Shown here one piece after another: positions 11,600 through 22,955 of a stretch of 64,000 bases of DNA. The translations under genes and the position numbers were made by a program. Origin of the DNA: Diplonema japonicum (taxonomy: Eukaryota > Protista > Euglenozoa: Diplonemea); the NCBI GenBank assembly GCA_964019335.1, contig OZ025743.1, positions 186,001-250,000 on the forward strand, read 5' to 3'. Position 1 is the stretch's first letter. Every line of letters starts with the position of its first letter. The notes beneath the pieces are model-generated. The model was not told where the DNA came from and made no database searches. It worked only from the letters and a program-made list of their open reading frames with translations.

Positions 11600-13249
11600 T
11601 TAAGCACTTGCAGCCTTGAACTGGTCCCTCAGCACCCTCCTCAGGATTTTTCCGGAAGCAGATTTCGGGACCGATTCGATAAAATTGACTTCAGCAATGT
11701 GCTTATAAGAAATGGTGTCGGCGGCCACAAAGTCTTTAAGCTCCTGTTCTGTGGCGACCATGTCGGGTTTGAGCTGAACGCAAGCACGCGGGAGCTCACC
11801 AGACCTTTCGTCAGGGATCGGGATCACAGCGCAGTCGGCAACGGCAGGATGCGTGAGGAGAATCCCCTCCAGCTCCGCGGGGGCAACCTGAAAACCCTTC
11901 ACCTTAATAAGCTCTTTCAACCGATCAACCGAGAAATAGTTCCCTTCTTCATCATACTTGAAAATATCTCCTGTCCGGAGATACCCATCAGGCCGCATAA
12001 TATCGTCGGTGGCCTTTTGGTTCTTAAAGTACCCTTGCATGACCTGCGGACCCTTCACCTCAAGCTCGCCTTCTTGGTTAGGACCAAGGGTTTCACCTGT
12101 TGAAACATCGACTACTCGCAAAGAAGTGTTTGCCATTGCTTTTCCGCACGACCCGAATACGATGTCGGAACGGTCTGTGTAGTTCGATTGTACAAGTTTT
12201 TGAACGGGAGTAGCAGTGGCAGCAGGGGAGAGTTCTGTCATTCCGTATGCTTGAACAGCAGAGAGGTCTAACTTTTCGCACACAGATCGTTGAAGTTCTG
12301 CGTCGCAAGGCGCGGCGGCAGAGTACAATGTTTTCAAACTGCTCAAATCGTACTTCTGCACCAACGGATGCTTCGACAGAAAAATCATTATAGGCGGGAC
12401 AACCGGCGCAATGCTAACCTTCTCTTTTTGAACGGTGCTAAGAAAAAGCTCAGGGTCGAATCGGGGCATTGTGACCACCTTGTTCCCCACCGCCAACGGG
12501 ATAAACCCGCATACCACCATTGCGTAGATGTGAAACAGTGGGAGGACGCACAGCATGACAGAATGCTCATCACAACACAAACGAACGTCAGAATCCCTCG
12601 TAAGCTGTGCTACGTTAGCTACAATGTTGTGGTGGGATAACATCACGCCTTTTGGCAAACCGGTTGTTCCTGATGAATAAGGGAGGACTGCTGTGTCGTT
12701 CATCACATTAAGGTCTGTGAAATCCGGTTCCTCCAAACCTTTATCGCTTCGGATTCCAAAATGTTCCGTCCCCGCTTCTCCGAGAACTTTAACGCAAGAT
12801 GGTGGCAACCCGACGCGTTCAGCAGCTTCCTTTGCAATTGTCTCTAGAGGTGGGATGGTTAGAATTTGATCGACCTCGGAATCTTGGATTTGATGTTGCA
12901 GTTCCCTAGCATGGTATACAGGATTTGCGGTTGAAACGGGGATTCCTCTGCTCGCGGCGCCGAGCATGGCGATCATGAACTCGGGGCTGTTTGGCATGAA
13001 TAGAAGAAGCCTCCCCACTTTTTCAGCGTCCAAACCTTTTCCGCAGGCTGTAATGCATGTTCTAATCTTGTCGAAGTGCAGTTCTCGCCCGTCGACGGCG
13101 TCCTTGAACGCTACCTGGCCTACACGGCGCGACCATTGACCTTGCTCTTCTAAGTACGCTGGGAGCGTCATGTTGACAGGTATGTCGATTGTGGCCCCGT
13201 GCGTGTTCCGCCTTACACATCGGGATAATGGTCTTGCGGCGGTTTTCAT
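11600..13249 (-). CDS. 4-coumarate:CoA ligase-like acyl-CoA synthetase (ANL superfamily)
   Basis: LPYSSGTTGLPKGV, QAYGMTE, LRTGD, DRLKELIKVKGFQVAPAELE, PKSASGKILRR. Arg-rich N-terminus; no PTS1. Confidence 0.92.
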   Translation of the reverse strand: MKTAARPLSRCVRRNTHGATIDIPVNMTLPAYLEEQGQWSRRVGQVAFKDAVDGRELHFDKIRTCITACGKGLDAEKVGRLLLFMPNSPEFMIAMLGAASRGIPVSTANPVYHARELQHQIQDSEVDQILTIPPLETIAKEAAERVGLPPSCVKVLGEAGTEHFGIRSDKGLEEPDFTDLNVMNDTAVLPYSSGTTGLPKGVMLSHHNIVANVAQLTRDSDVRLCCDEHSVMLCVLPLFHIYAMVVCGFIPLAVGNKVVTMPRFDPELFLSTVQKEKVSIAPVVPPIMIFLSKHPLVQKYDLSSLKTLYSAAAPCDAELQRSVCEKLDLSAVQAYGMTELSPAATATPVQKLVQSNYTDRSDIVFGSCGKAMANTSLRVVDVSTGETLGPNQEGELEVKGPQVMQGYFKNQKATDDIMRPDGYLRTGDIFKYDEEGNYFSVDRLKELIKVKGFQVAPAELEGILLTHPAVADCAVIPIPDERSGELPRACVQLKPDMVATEQELKDFVAADTISYKHIAEVNFIESVPKSASGKILRRVLRDQFKAASA

Positions 13250-13319
13250 TTTTTTTTTTTTTATTCCTGGAATTTTTTTTTTTGGGGGGTGAAAAAAAAA
13301 AAAAAAAGAAATTATTGTT

Positions 13320-13802
13320 TCACCTCATCCCGCCCAAATCGTTATTTAGCAGCCATTCTCCTTTTTCGTACATACACCGCTGCAGGTCGAGCCTGTCCTC
13401 GGCTATTCGTGATGTGACCGTGAATTCAAATCGGAGCGAGCGTCTGAACCATTCCTTAGACGTCCAGATCAGCTGCCGTTCGCTTTTTTTCAGCAACGCG
13501 CGGTACAGGCGGATGGCTTCCTCTTCTGTTGGGGGTTGTCTTCGGGAAAGGTCGAGGCGGGGCTTCAGAAAGGCTGCAGTGTCGAAATCAGTGGTCAGCC
13601 GCACCACCGAGGACGGTCTCATGACTGCCTTCACATGTCTCTTCTCCATTTCTTGAACCGGCCTCCCTGCTGGATTGACCTTTCTGTTCATACCCCCTGC
13701 ATTCCCAAAGGCCGATGTCCTCCCCTTTCCCATCATCGGCGACGTTGTTCCCAACCTGCTACCTGTTGCATCTGATAACTTGTACACCGTTCTACGCAAC
13801 AT
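13320..13802 (-). CDS. Mitochondrial LYR-motif protein
   Basis: MLRR presequence-like start; AIRLYRALLK...FRRSLRFEF LYR signature. Confidence 0.75.
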   Translation of the reverse strand: MLRRTVYKLSDATGSRLGTTSPMMGKGRTSAFGNAGGMNRKVNPAGRPVQEMEKRHVKAVMRPSSVVRLTTDFDTAAFLKPRLDLSRRQPPTEEEAIRLYRALLKKSERQLIWTSKEWFRRSLRFEFTVTSRIAEDRLDLQRCMYEKGEWLLNNDLGGMR

Positions 13803-14014
13803 TTTTTTTTTCGCCTCTTTTTTTTTGAATTTGAATTTGAAAAGAATCGGGGGGGGGGGGGGGGGGGGATACAAAATCTTGTCAGAACCAGACTTTTTTT
13901 TTTGTCATACTTAAATATGTTTTCCTTGTTTTTTTTTTTTTTTTTTTTTTTTTTATTCCCCCTTTTTTTATGTCACGGGGTGGTGGAGTGGAACAAAAAA
14001 AAAAAAAAAAAAAA

Positions 14015-14057
14015 TGGGGCTTTGGTTGCAACACTATTTGGCGTTAAGTGTGCAGCG
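14015..14057. repeat. 43-nt hairpin repeat family A, copy 1 (subtype 1)
   Basis: tggggctttggttgcaacactatttggcgttaagtgtgcagcg; identical to 38357-38399. Confidence 0.9.
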
Positions 14058-14233
14058 AAAAAAGAAGGGGGAATAAAAAAAAAGAAAAAAGCATGAGGGG
14101 ATCTTTTTTTGTTTCTTTTTTTTCTTTTGTTTGTTTGTCTGCTTTTGCGGGGAATTTCTTTCCCCCCTCCCCTTTTTTTTTTCATTCTATTTTTTTTGGT
14201 TTTCCTGCCTCAGCTTTTTCACCCTTCTCTCTC

Positions 14234-15261
14234 TCATATCACAGCACGCACCCCACCAGCCGCGCCCTCAGCTTGTTCCTCTGCATATTCATCTTCATAT
14301 TCACCGGATTCCACTGCACCCTTTTCACGAAGTTCACTGGCATCAGATGAGTATACTGAAGATGAACCGTAGTCTGCCATGAAGTCGGACCTGCTTTTCA
14401 AAACAACATTGGCAGCAAGCCCGCCAAGTGCAATGCAACAGAACAGCGATGAGAACAAGATGATGACCCATATCCCGTCTGAAAGATCGGACCGCTTCCC
14501 AGCGGGAGGAGCGGCCGGTTGTGGGGACGGTGTGATGGAGACCGTTTCTGTATTGTAACTTTCCACCAACGCAGTTGGTCCAACGAAGGTCCTACCGATG
14601 TACGAGGTGTTGACAATGGCTTGATCCATGAATACCGTGAGATCCCGTGTTACTTGGGTCTCATCGAGCGACGGGGCAAGATTAACAGCCATGAAATGAA
14701 CCTCCAATGCTTGATTTTCTACGGTAATGTGATTAAACCATTTTACCTCGCCTGTAACGACTCCTCTACATTCCCTGTGATCGTCTCTTGGAGGCGGCTT
14801 TGTTGTAAGGTCTGTTTCCGGGTTCGACTTTATCTTCTCTGTCTTAACACAGACCTTCAAAACTTTAATGTTGTTGCTCGACACCCCGCGTGTATTCAAC
14901 ACGGTTTGCAGCATCGCACCAACATCCTCTCGGTACATCGTTACGTTAAAAGTGTCCGGAATGCTCATTCCCGCAAAAATTGTCAGCTTCATAACAAGCT
15001 TTCTGTAATACTCGTCATAGAGGTCTCGTAACGGGGTTTTTAATGTGGGTGCGGGGGGGTTTGTGAACCCGCTGGGGGGTTCCGGTGCCCCGCCGATGGA
15101 CACTGGGGTCGGGTTCAACGCAACTGGAGCGTAAGCACCACCTGCGTCTCGGTCTGCCAATGCTGGGTCAACTATTAAACCCGGAGAGACTCGTTGTGGT
15201 GTGCTTGCCGGCCATTCTTCAAGAGTGACAGATGTGACTGTCACGACTGTGTGTGTGGGGG

Positions 15262-15326
<65 letters not shown>

Positions 15327-15573
15327 CATACCGTCTCCTGTATCAATCTGGCTGAACGACGATAGCAGGGTTAAGTCCAAATTTGCAGCTACCTCGTCAA
15401 ACTGGGTTGGGACTGTGAACGTGTACTCTCGTGTTGTCGGGTCGGCTGTTTTTTTTTTTTTTTTTTTTTTCTTCCCACGATGTTGCGATGGAACAGATGC
15501 ATGTGTAGAACCAAGATGTTCCGTACAAACAGACGGTAGAAGTGGCTGAAGAGCATGTTGCGACGAGAAATAT

Positions 15574-15606
<33 letters not shown>

Positions 15607-15681
15607 CAAAGCCGGAGAAAGAGGGAGGAAGAATAAGAGGGGGGGGAACAGTAAAAAAAGGGGGGGGAAAGGGTATTTCAT
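14234..15681 (-). CDS. Type I membrane protein; introns 15247-15331 and 15446-15478, probably a third near 15546-15603; start uncertain
   Basis: TM GIWVIILFSSLFCCIALGGLAANVVL followed by an acidic tail. GT-AG introns join the frames. A hydrophobic MKYPFPPLFLL... first exon is tentative. Confidence 0.6.
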
Positions 15682-15775
15682 TTTTTCATTTTTTTTTTTT
15701 TACCCCTTCTTTCTTTTTTTTTTGTTGTTGGGAGAAACGAATAAAAAAGAAGAAAAAGAAAAAAAAACTCGATCT

Positions 15776-16995
15776 ATTTTTGCGGTGCGCTGGTTGGTGC
15801 CCACCGTGGACGGGGGATCCTACACGTGCCTGTCACCATTCTGCGGTTGCATCCTGGTGCCGGCCGTCGGGGTTTGCCTGTCCGTCATGGACGGCATCTG
15901 CGCTAAGAACATCGGTCGCAGTCCCTCCAAATAGGGGGCTGTTTGGGTTGACGAGAACAGGGGTCTCTTGTCGTAGCCATGCATCGCTGGTGCGCCTAGG
16001 TTTCTCAGGGAGTGTACTCTGGTCATCCTTCTTGCCGGGAAGCCGCTTTTGTTGCCCTTTGCCGCACATGCTTGCACTCTATTGAGGATGTACCGCAGAC
16101 GTGCGGCTTTTCTCTCCAACAGACTGCTCTCCCCATGTTCCCCGTATAAGGATATACCGGTCGTCATCTCAAAATCAATTGCCAGCTCCATCGTGGTGAT
16201 TGACGTCTTCTTCGATCCTAGGTACCACCTCAGACCTTGCAGCCAGGGTAGCACATGTTTCAACTGCTTTTTCAGTATCTCACCCGTTGCTCCGTGCGCA
16301 ACAAGCATCTCCTCCGTCGGTACCGGGCATCTTGTTCCGGTCGTCGTCTCTTTCCAAGGATATGGTCTTATAACATGCACCGTCCTCTCCGCTGCTCTAC
16401 TGTCACGCAACGCCACCACTCGCACCAGGTAGCTCTGCACCAGTCGCGCTTGTTTCTGCACTTCCGCTCCCGTTCCTCTCACCACTACACCGTGTAGCGC
16501 CGTTGCTTTCGGCAGCCCTTCTCTTTTGACCTCCGCGTACACACTTTCCTGCTGCGCTTGTCTCGCAGGGGCACACTCCCACAGCGCGTGCTCTGTGATC
16601 TGCTCCGTCGTCTCCGCCTGGTGGTCGCAGACATCACATGTGAGCTTGTCTGCCACATCAAGCTTCTTGCTCCATACTTTTGGGTGTACCGTGAAGATCG
16701 CTCCACAGATGACCCTCCTCGTTCTGAAAGCACTTAGCGGGTGTCTGGCCAGTGTTTTTCTCCACATGCTGTTCGTAAGAGGATGTGCCCCCTTCTCTGC
16801 GTCCTCAAACGTTGGTCGACAGCTTACGAGTTGTTTCATGATAGCAGGTCTCAGCACCTCCCTCACCTGGTGCTTCCTCTCGTGCGCCGACTTCTCGTAC
16901 AGGCCCTCCATGAACTGCCACTTCTTCTCTACTAGCGGTAGCCACCTGCGTACGGCCGTTCCCACTGGCCCCACTGCTGGTAGCTCCGTATCTTC

Positions 16996-16996
<1 letters not shown>
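15776..16996 (-). mobile_element. 5'-truncated non-LTR retrotransposon (LINE) 3' fragment with RT-associated CCHC zinc knuckle
   Basis: Open frame containing CDVCDHQAETTEQITEHALWEC (zf-RVT-like). No genuine ATG start, GC-richer than its flanks, short A-run after the stop, and a second diverged fragment at ~28000-28115. Confidence 0.7.
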
Positions 16997-17028
<32 letters not shown>

Positions 17029-17029
17029 A

Positions 17030-17072
17030 TGGGGCTTTGATTGCAACACTAGGTGGCGTTAAGCGTGCAACG
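17030..17072. repeat. 43-nt hairpin repeat family A, copy 2 (subtype 2), followed by ~245 nt of complex non-coding sequence
   Basis: tggggctttgattgcaacactaggtggcgttaagcgtgcaacg; one difference from 30207-30249. Confidence 0.9.
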
Positions 17073-17649
17073 AAGGATGAACTACCTACTTGATTACAGG
17101 GGGCGCTCCTCGACCGAGCAGTAGCTTCTTCTGCGTTCCGCGTCGTGTCCTTAATGCATGCGGTGTGCTCAACCCTAGCCGGGACGTCCCGGGTAACCAA
17201 GATTCTGCGCTCGTGCAGTTTGCTGCCTGTTCGTCACCCTGAGCATCTGCGTTACGTTCTTCCACTCGGGCGCTACCGGTGATGACCGACGAGGAGGTCA
17301 ACAGCGAACAACACATCTGATATACTTCTTATATTTCCATGTTATCCCCACCACCTTACTTAAAACAACAAAAAGGGAACGGCGGAAACAAAAGAAAAGA
17401 AGATATAAAAAAAAGAAAAAGAAGAAAAAGGACTCCTTTTTCTTCTTCTTCTTCTTCTTTTTAATTTGTTTCTTCAAAAAAAAAAAAAAAAAAAAAAAAA
17501 AAAGAAAAGAAAGAAAAGCTAGATTTTTTTTTAACGGTGAAGCCTTTTTTTTTTTTTTTTCTTTTAAAAAAAAATGGGCCTCGACCTCTTCTTCCTCTTT
17601 TTCTAATATATAAAAAAACTAAAAAAAAAAAAAAAAAAACGAAATTTTC

Positions 17650-18552
17650 TTACAAACCCAACACCTTTTTAATCTCCTTCTCACATTTTGCGTAGGATTC
17701 TACATACGCAGGAATCCTTCTCATCCTTCCCAAATACCTGTGAATTGCAGGGTACTGCAAAGGAGGCAACAGCCCAACAACGTTAAACTGGTCCACCTCC
17801 GCTACCAGGAGGAAGTCAGCAATAGAAAGCGTGTTACCAGCTGCGTAGGAAGACGCTGTGAGCCGCCCTTCCATGGAGGTCAAAATGGGTTCGCATTTAA
17901 CTCGAGCTTCCGAGATTAAGTGGGGCCGCTCCTCGGGCTTTCCAAAGAATATTGGAAGGAATGCTTCAGTCGTCAGTTTTCTGACCTGCGCGAGATGGTA
18001 CCCTAGGTAAGAGTCCAACCGGATCTGTGCTTTTTCATCATGTTCATTGGGAAGCAAAGTGGACCCTTTCGCGATGTACTGAAGAATTGCACTTGATTCA
18101 TTTAAGACAAAATCGCCGTGGTCTTCAATAAGAGCGGGTACCATGCCTGCGGGGTTCTGTTTCAGCATTTCTTCGGTTTTGTGTTCCCCCGTGAACAGGT
18201 CCACGATTTGCTGTTCAACGGATAGACGGAGGTAATCAACGGCCATGTTAACAGACCTGCACGGCTGTGAGATGTTATGCGTCAGGAGTTTCCAGTTATT
18301 CCGCCTCGCGACCTGGGAACCATGACCGGACTTCCCAGCCACGGAAGGTGAGCTACTGTATCTGTACTGATAAACTGGCACCCTTGGAGGTGAGGCTGGC
18401 TGACGGTGTACAGGTGTCACCGGTGTTGCAGGGGTAAAAACCTGTACAGGAACAGGCGACACCGGAGCGTGGTACGAAGGCGACCCGTACTGCGGGGACA
18501 CCGTGTGGGACACCGAGTACCTAGGCCGGGGGGGGCTGATGTAGCGCGACAT
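17650..18552 (-). CDS. Glutathione S-transferase (theta-like) with Ser/Pro-rich N-terminal extension
   Basis: SQPCRSV, NPAGMVPAL, LNESSAILQYI, LSIADF motifs; ATG at 18552 after an A-tract. Confidence 0.88.
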   Translation of the reverse strand: MSRYISPPRPRYSVSHTVSPQYGSPSYHAPVSPVPVQVFTPATPVTPVHRQPASPPRVPVYQYRYSSSPSVAGKSGHGSQVARRNNWKLLTHNISQPCRSVNMAVDYLRLSVEQQIVDLFTGEHKTEEMLKQNPAGMVPALIEDHGDFVLNESSAILQYIAKGSTLLPNEHDEKAQIRLDSYLGYHLAQVRKLTTEAFLPIFFGKPEERPHLISEARVKCEPILTSMEGRLTASSYAAGNTLSIADFLLVAEVDQFNVVGLLPPLQYPAIHRYLGRMRRIPAYVESYAKCEKEIKKVLGL

Positions 18553-18719
18553 TTTTTTATTCTTTTTTTTTTTTTTTTTTTTTTTTTTCACTCCGTCTTT
18601 TTTTTTTTTTTTTTTTTTTTCCCCCACCCCCACACCCCATCCAAAAAAAAAAAAAAAAAAAAAAAAAAGGACGATCAGGACTATTTCTTGTTCCCCACAA
18701 AAAAAAAAAAAAACTCCCC

Positions 18720-20351
18720 AAACCTGTCAGTGTCAGCTGGTTCACACCACCATATATATCACCCGTCCCGTCGATGGCGTTTAGAGAAATAAACAGATTC
18801 TAATATTTTTTAAAAAAAAAACTTTTTTCCCCCCCCCCATACCTTATCCTTTGCAACTGTACTAGTAGATGTGATAAATGCAGTCACCGACACCTTGTAA
18901 GGCGTGTCCCTCTTGAGCACAACGGCACGGTATGACAGCCGACCATCACCGGTTGAAGTGGAAGTCAGCTCGATCCTGTCTAGGTTACGATTGACCACAC
19001 CGATCCAAGACGTAGACGTGGCAGTGGTAGGTATCACCCAAGGGTACAGCGGAACAGCCAACCACGAAGAGAGCAACTGCGTCCCAACCCAAATAGGCGG
19101 CAAGGTGTCGTCAAGCAGCGCACGAAATCCGTAAATAAAATCAACATGCACAGCATAATAGTCAAACACGGTAAGGCTGTTGTACGACCCTAACAAAACA
19201 GAAAATGTTAAATTCTCAGACGTCGGGAATGTTACACAGGTGTTTGTTGTCCTCCATGCGTTCGGGGGGATCAATGTGTCTACCGACGTCTGCAGCACGG
19301 TCCCGTCATCGTTTGATATTGCTCTGATAGAAATGTTCCGTTCTGTCTCGGACTTCACCCTGCCCACCCCACAGAGCACTTCACCGGGTTCTGAAAACAT
19401 AACATGCTCAACAGATATCGAATTGGGGTTCTCTCCCACGTGCTGTATGGTAAGCTTCAGGTACCCCCCAAGGCCTGTTTCATGGGTAGCATCGATCGAC
19501 GCCACTGGATCGCGTTTTATTTCCCAATCTGCTGATTTCAGTTCCATCGTCAAGTCCGGGTTCTTATCCTTCGAGTTGTCCAACGGGACATATTGCACAA
19601 ACCCGGTTTTCATCGTCAGAATGTGCCCTGGGGTGTCTGTTGACACAGCGCTTGACAACAACACCGCTGACGAGGATTGACTTGACGATCTTACTCCATT
19701 CCCAGTTACAGGAATCCACGTCATTGTTATTGGAACAGTTGGATTGCTTGACTCTGTATATGTTGCTGTGAGAACGTTCAAAGTGTATGGAAGACAGGCA
19801 CCTGTAGGACGTGTTACAGCGGAAGGAGCGATGAAGATGTAAGGAGTGTGTGGGCTTGTGAACGAACCTGTGGTGCCAGGTGCGTTGTATTGAAGGAGGA
19901 TGGAGGTGGAAGAGGTGGCGATGGGAAGAGAAGTTGATAGTTGTCGGGAGTTGACGTAGAATCTTACAGACGAGGCTGTCCAGTCGATGCGGAGCTCAAC
20001 GCCGTTTAAGTCGTGGATGTCTGTGGCCACCCAGCCATATTGCGTCCATGTAGTCTTTGCGACAGTGTCCACAACCGAAGCTTTGAAAGTGCTTGAGCTT
20101 TCTTCCATCCAAAGGGATATGTCATGGCCGTTGACATGGAGTCCCATTCCTCTTTCAACGCCGACGCAGCCGCCTGCGTCGCTGTTGTTTATTCTCACGG
20201 CGAACCGGCCGTAGCTGACCGTGGTGCTTCCTGTGACTTCTCCGCCTGTGTAGCCGTCGGAGATGGCTTTCACCACCTCCGTGTTAGATCTTTCCATGTT
20301 CCCAAGAAAGACTAGTGTGGCGAGGAGCGCGGATGTTGTGGCGGTGGACAT
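18720..20351 (-). CDS. Secreted/surface beta-rich protein with N-terminal GH16/ConA-like domain; intron 18800-18842; 3' end uncertain
   Basis: Hydrophobic N-terminus; YGRFAVRI and IDWTASSVRFYVN resemble GH16 strands. A GTATGG..TTAG intron extends the frame (NLFISLNAIDG...). Confidence 0.55.
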
Positions 20352-20407
20352 TTTTTTTTTTTTTTTTCGAAATACAAAAATTCCCAGCCTCCCCTCCCCA
20401 CCCCTCG

Positions 20408-20477
<70 letters not shown>

Positions 20478-20514
20478 GTGGTATGAATGAAAAAAAAAAG
20501 AATTTTTTTTTTTT

Positions 20515-21345
20515 TTATTTCACCCATTGTCTTTTTGCTCTCACGCGCAGAGCGGCGGCTGTTTCCTTGAACTGTTTCCATTGTTTTGTCTGTCGGGACA
20601 CAACGATTATCCGGTTTATGGTCTGCCTCTCCTGCAGATCGCGAAAGGCAGCCGTTCTTAAAACATCTGGCGCCTCAACCTTAACCCTTTCCACACGGTT
20701 GACAACGAACTCTGCAACTGTCAAAGCAAGACGATGCTGCGAAAGGTGGAAGGCCCGGTACTCGGCTTCGGTGGCCGCGATAGACTGCCTGGAAACCTCT
20801 TCTTCCACGTCAACAGTAGGGGTGGAACACAAGAATGTTGATTCCAGAGTTGCTGTCAAGGCACCTGTGTCACCATGAGGGTTGTCAGCGTTTTGTAGAA
20901 TCAGCTGGAAAACGGTTTTTTGCAGATCAAAATCGTGTGTCAGATGTAAAATCTTGAGGTACAGCTTTGCCAAGAATGCTCTAGTGAGGCCCATAACCAT
21001 TGTGTCCTTGATTTGTGTAGGGTTGACATCTAAGAGATGCCTGCAACACGCTTCTTTGCAGATTTCTCCTAGACTCCTCACGATTGTCACTTTCTTGTGC
21101 TGTGTGGTCACCGGCCTGACCGCGATTTTTGCTAACCTGGTGCCGAGTGCCCAGAGGAGTTCGTCGATGTGGGTTTCTTGATATTTTCCCATTTCGACCT
21201 TTCTCCAGATGTCCTCAGCCACGGGGTCCTTGGCTGCCACTCTTCCTATGTCGGCAAACTCCACTGCAACTTTGGGTTTGTTCCATCCCGGTGGGTGGCC
21301 GTCCCACTTGTCATATTCCCTCTTGAGTTGCTCTAGCCGTTGCAT
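20515..21345 (-). CDS. Hypothetical protein, ~276 aa
   Basis: Long complex ORF on the coding strand, bounded by homopolymers; first ATG at 21345. Confidence 0.65.
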   Translation of the reverse strand: MQRLEQLKREYDKWDGHPPGWNKPKVAVEFADIGRVAAKDPVAEDIWRKVEMGKYQETHIDELLWALGTRLAKIAVRPVTTQHKKVTIVRSLGEICKEACCRHLLDVNPTQIKDTMVMGLTRAFLAKLYLKILHLTHDFDLQKTVFQLILQNADNPHGDTGALTATLESTFLCSTPTVDVEEEVSRQSIAATEAEYRAFHLSQHRLALTVAEFVVNRVERVKVEAPDVLRTAAFRDLQERQTINRIIVVSRQTKQWKQFKETAAALRVRAKRQWVK

Positions 21346-21716
21346 GGCAGTGCTTGGTTCATCTTGTTGCAAAGACTTTTTTTTTTTTTTCCCCCCTTTC
21401 CCCCCTCCCGTCTCAACTTAATTTGTTTTTTTTTAGATTTTATTCTCCCTCCGAGCTCGGGAATAGAAAAAAAAAAAAAAAAAGGAGAAAGAGCAATAAA
21501 AAAACCCCCCCTCTTCCATACCGCTCCTTTTTTTTTCTTATATAACGAACTGGAGGAAAGAAAGAAAAAAATGAAGGGGGGGGGAAAGGCGATGTTTAAG
21601 GACGAATCTCACTCTAAAAAAAAAAGGGGGGCTCCCCCCATAACTTCAAAAAAACGTGTAAGAAGACGTGACCGATCGCGTTTTTTTTTTTTCTTTTTTT
21701 TTTTTTTCTTTTTTAT

Positions 21717-22898
21717 TTATTTAACAATCCTCAGCTCGTACAACCGCAGGAAGCTCATGATGAAGATACCAAGGAACACCGCGATGGTAGATGCTGTCCA
21801 CCATTGCACGTTGGTGTCCAGCGTATGTATGAAAAGCGAACCCTGTGAAGTACCCGCCAACCGAATCCGCGGAGAAGGAGACAAGGACAGCGAGGTCACG
21901 GGGTGCGGCACACAAGACGGAATTGCACTCACCACCGACAGATCTACAGCATCATGGACATAAATTGTACCAGTTTTTGTACCGTAAGCGAGATGAGAAG
22001 CAGTTGTTGTCAAGGCGGTCGGCTCCGCCGCGGAAGAAACAAGCTGTTTTTCCGTTTGAAACTCCACCATCATCAAATGCCCGTCGGTTCCGTCGGGCCG
22101 TATGACATACCTTCTGAGGTAGTAAAAAGTTTTTTTTGTCCCGACAGACATGATTGTGGTTACCAAGTCCCCCCCTGGACTTGCTGCTACCTTTAAGAAT
22201 CGTCGTCCCTCCTTGGCCTTGAAAACAACGAGCTCCTTGTGCTTCTTCGCCTTCTCCTCCATTTTGTAATTCCTCCTAGAGCCTATTCCGTATGACATGT
22301 CGCTGTCATAGATTCCCCAAATAGATAATGAGTTGTCTGTAACGCAAGATAACAGCATTGAACACGGTGATCGGGTAACAGCTTTTTCTGGTTCCATGTT
22401 GTAGAAAATAGATTCGGTCAAAGGTGGTGGGGACATGGCGAGGTCCGTGACGGGGTCTGTTGTGTTGAAATCGATTTTTGAAAGAAGTTTCGGTGTGTCG
22501 TTAGCTATCGCTAAGAGGTGCCCGGATGTCGATACCAGTGTGTGGCCCGATGGCGAGCTTACTAATTTTCCGATGTCAGGGATAGTAATTTCTGTGTGTT
22601 TCTCCGTCCCCACCCATGTAACCACCATGCCATCAGAATGCCTGGTCACAATATTTCCATTTACACATGTTATTATTTGGAGCACGTTGCCCATTCCCTT
22701 GACAACGTTGCAGGCGGACAGCTTGCCGGTGACGGTTTTTCTTTTCACGCTGTACACCATTAAGACGCCGGCTCCGCCACCTGTTATTTTGTCCTTTCCG
22801 CACCAGGCCGAGCTGAGATAAGCCTCTCCTGTACTGGTGCTTCTTATCGTCATTCTGTTCCCTTGGTGGGACAGCGAAACCTCGTAGTCTGTTTCCAT
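21717..22898 (-). CDS. WD40/beta-propeller protein with C-terminal TM anchor, Sec12/PREB-like
   Basis: N-terminal GGGAG loop, WD-like repeats, C-terminal TM WWTASTIAVFLGIFIMSFL. Confidence 0.55.
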   Translation of the reverse strand: METDYEVSLSHQGNRMTIRSTSTGEAYLSSAWCGKDKITGGGAGVLMVYSVKRKTVTGKLSACNVVKGMGNVLQIITCVNGNIVTRHSDGMVVTWVGTEKHTEITIPDIGKLVSSPSGHTLVSTSGHLLAIANDTPKLLSKIDFNTTDPVTDLAMSPPPLTESIFYNMEPEKAVTRSPCSMLLSCVTDNSLSIWGIYDSDMSYGIGSRRNYKMEEKAKKHKELVVFKAKEGRRFLKVAASPGGDLVTTIMSVGTKKTFYYLRRYVIRPDGTDGHLMMVEFQTEKQLVSSAAEPTALTTTASHLAYGTKTGTIYVHDAVDLSVVSAIPSCVPHPVTSLSLSPSPRIRLAGTSQGSLFIHTLDTNVQWWTASTIAVFLGIFIMSFLRLYELRIVK

Positions 22899-22911
22899 GG
22901 TTTTTTTTTTT

Positions 22912-22955
<44 letters not shown>

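Noticed and set aside
11600-13249. 4CL-like ligase as part of the NRPS cluster (acyl starter supply)
   Set aside because: It is 29 kb away, separated by unrelated housekeeping genes, and has a presequence-like N-terminus; nothing links them.
17030-17072. Family A as an HDV-like ribozyme (P1 GCUU/AAGC, P3 AAC/GUU, P2 UUGC/GCAA can be drawn), a tRNA, or a spliced-leader exon
   Set aside because: There is no room for P1.1, P4 or the catalytic J4/2 cytosine, no cloverleaf, and no match to the euglenozoan SL consensus.
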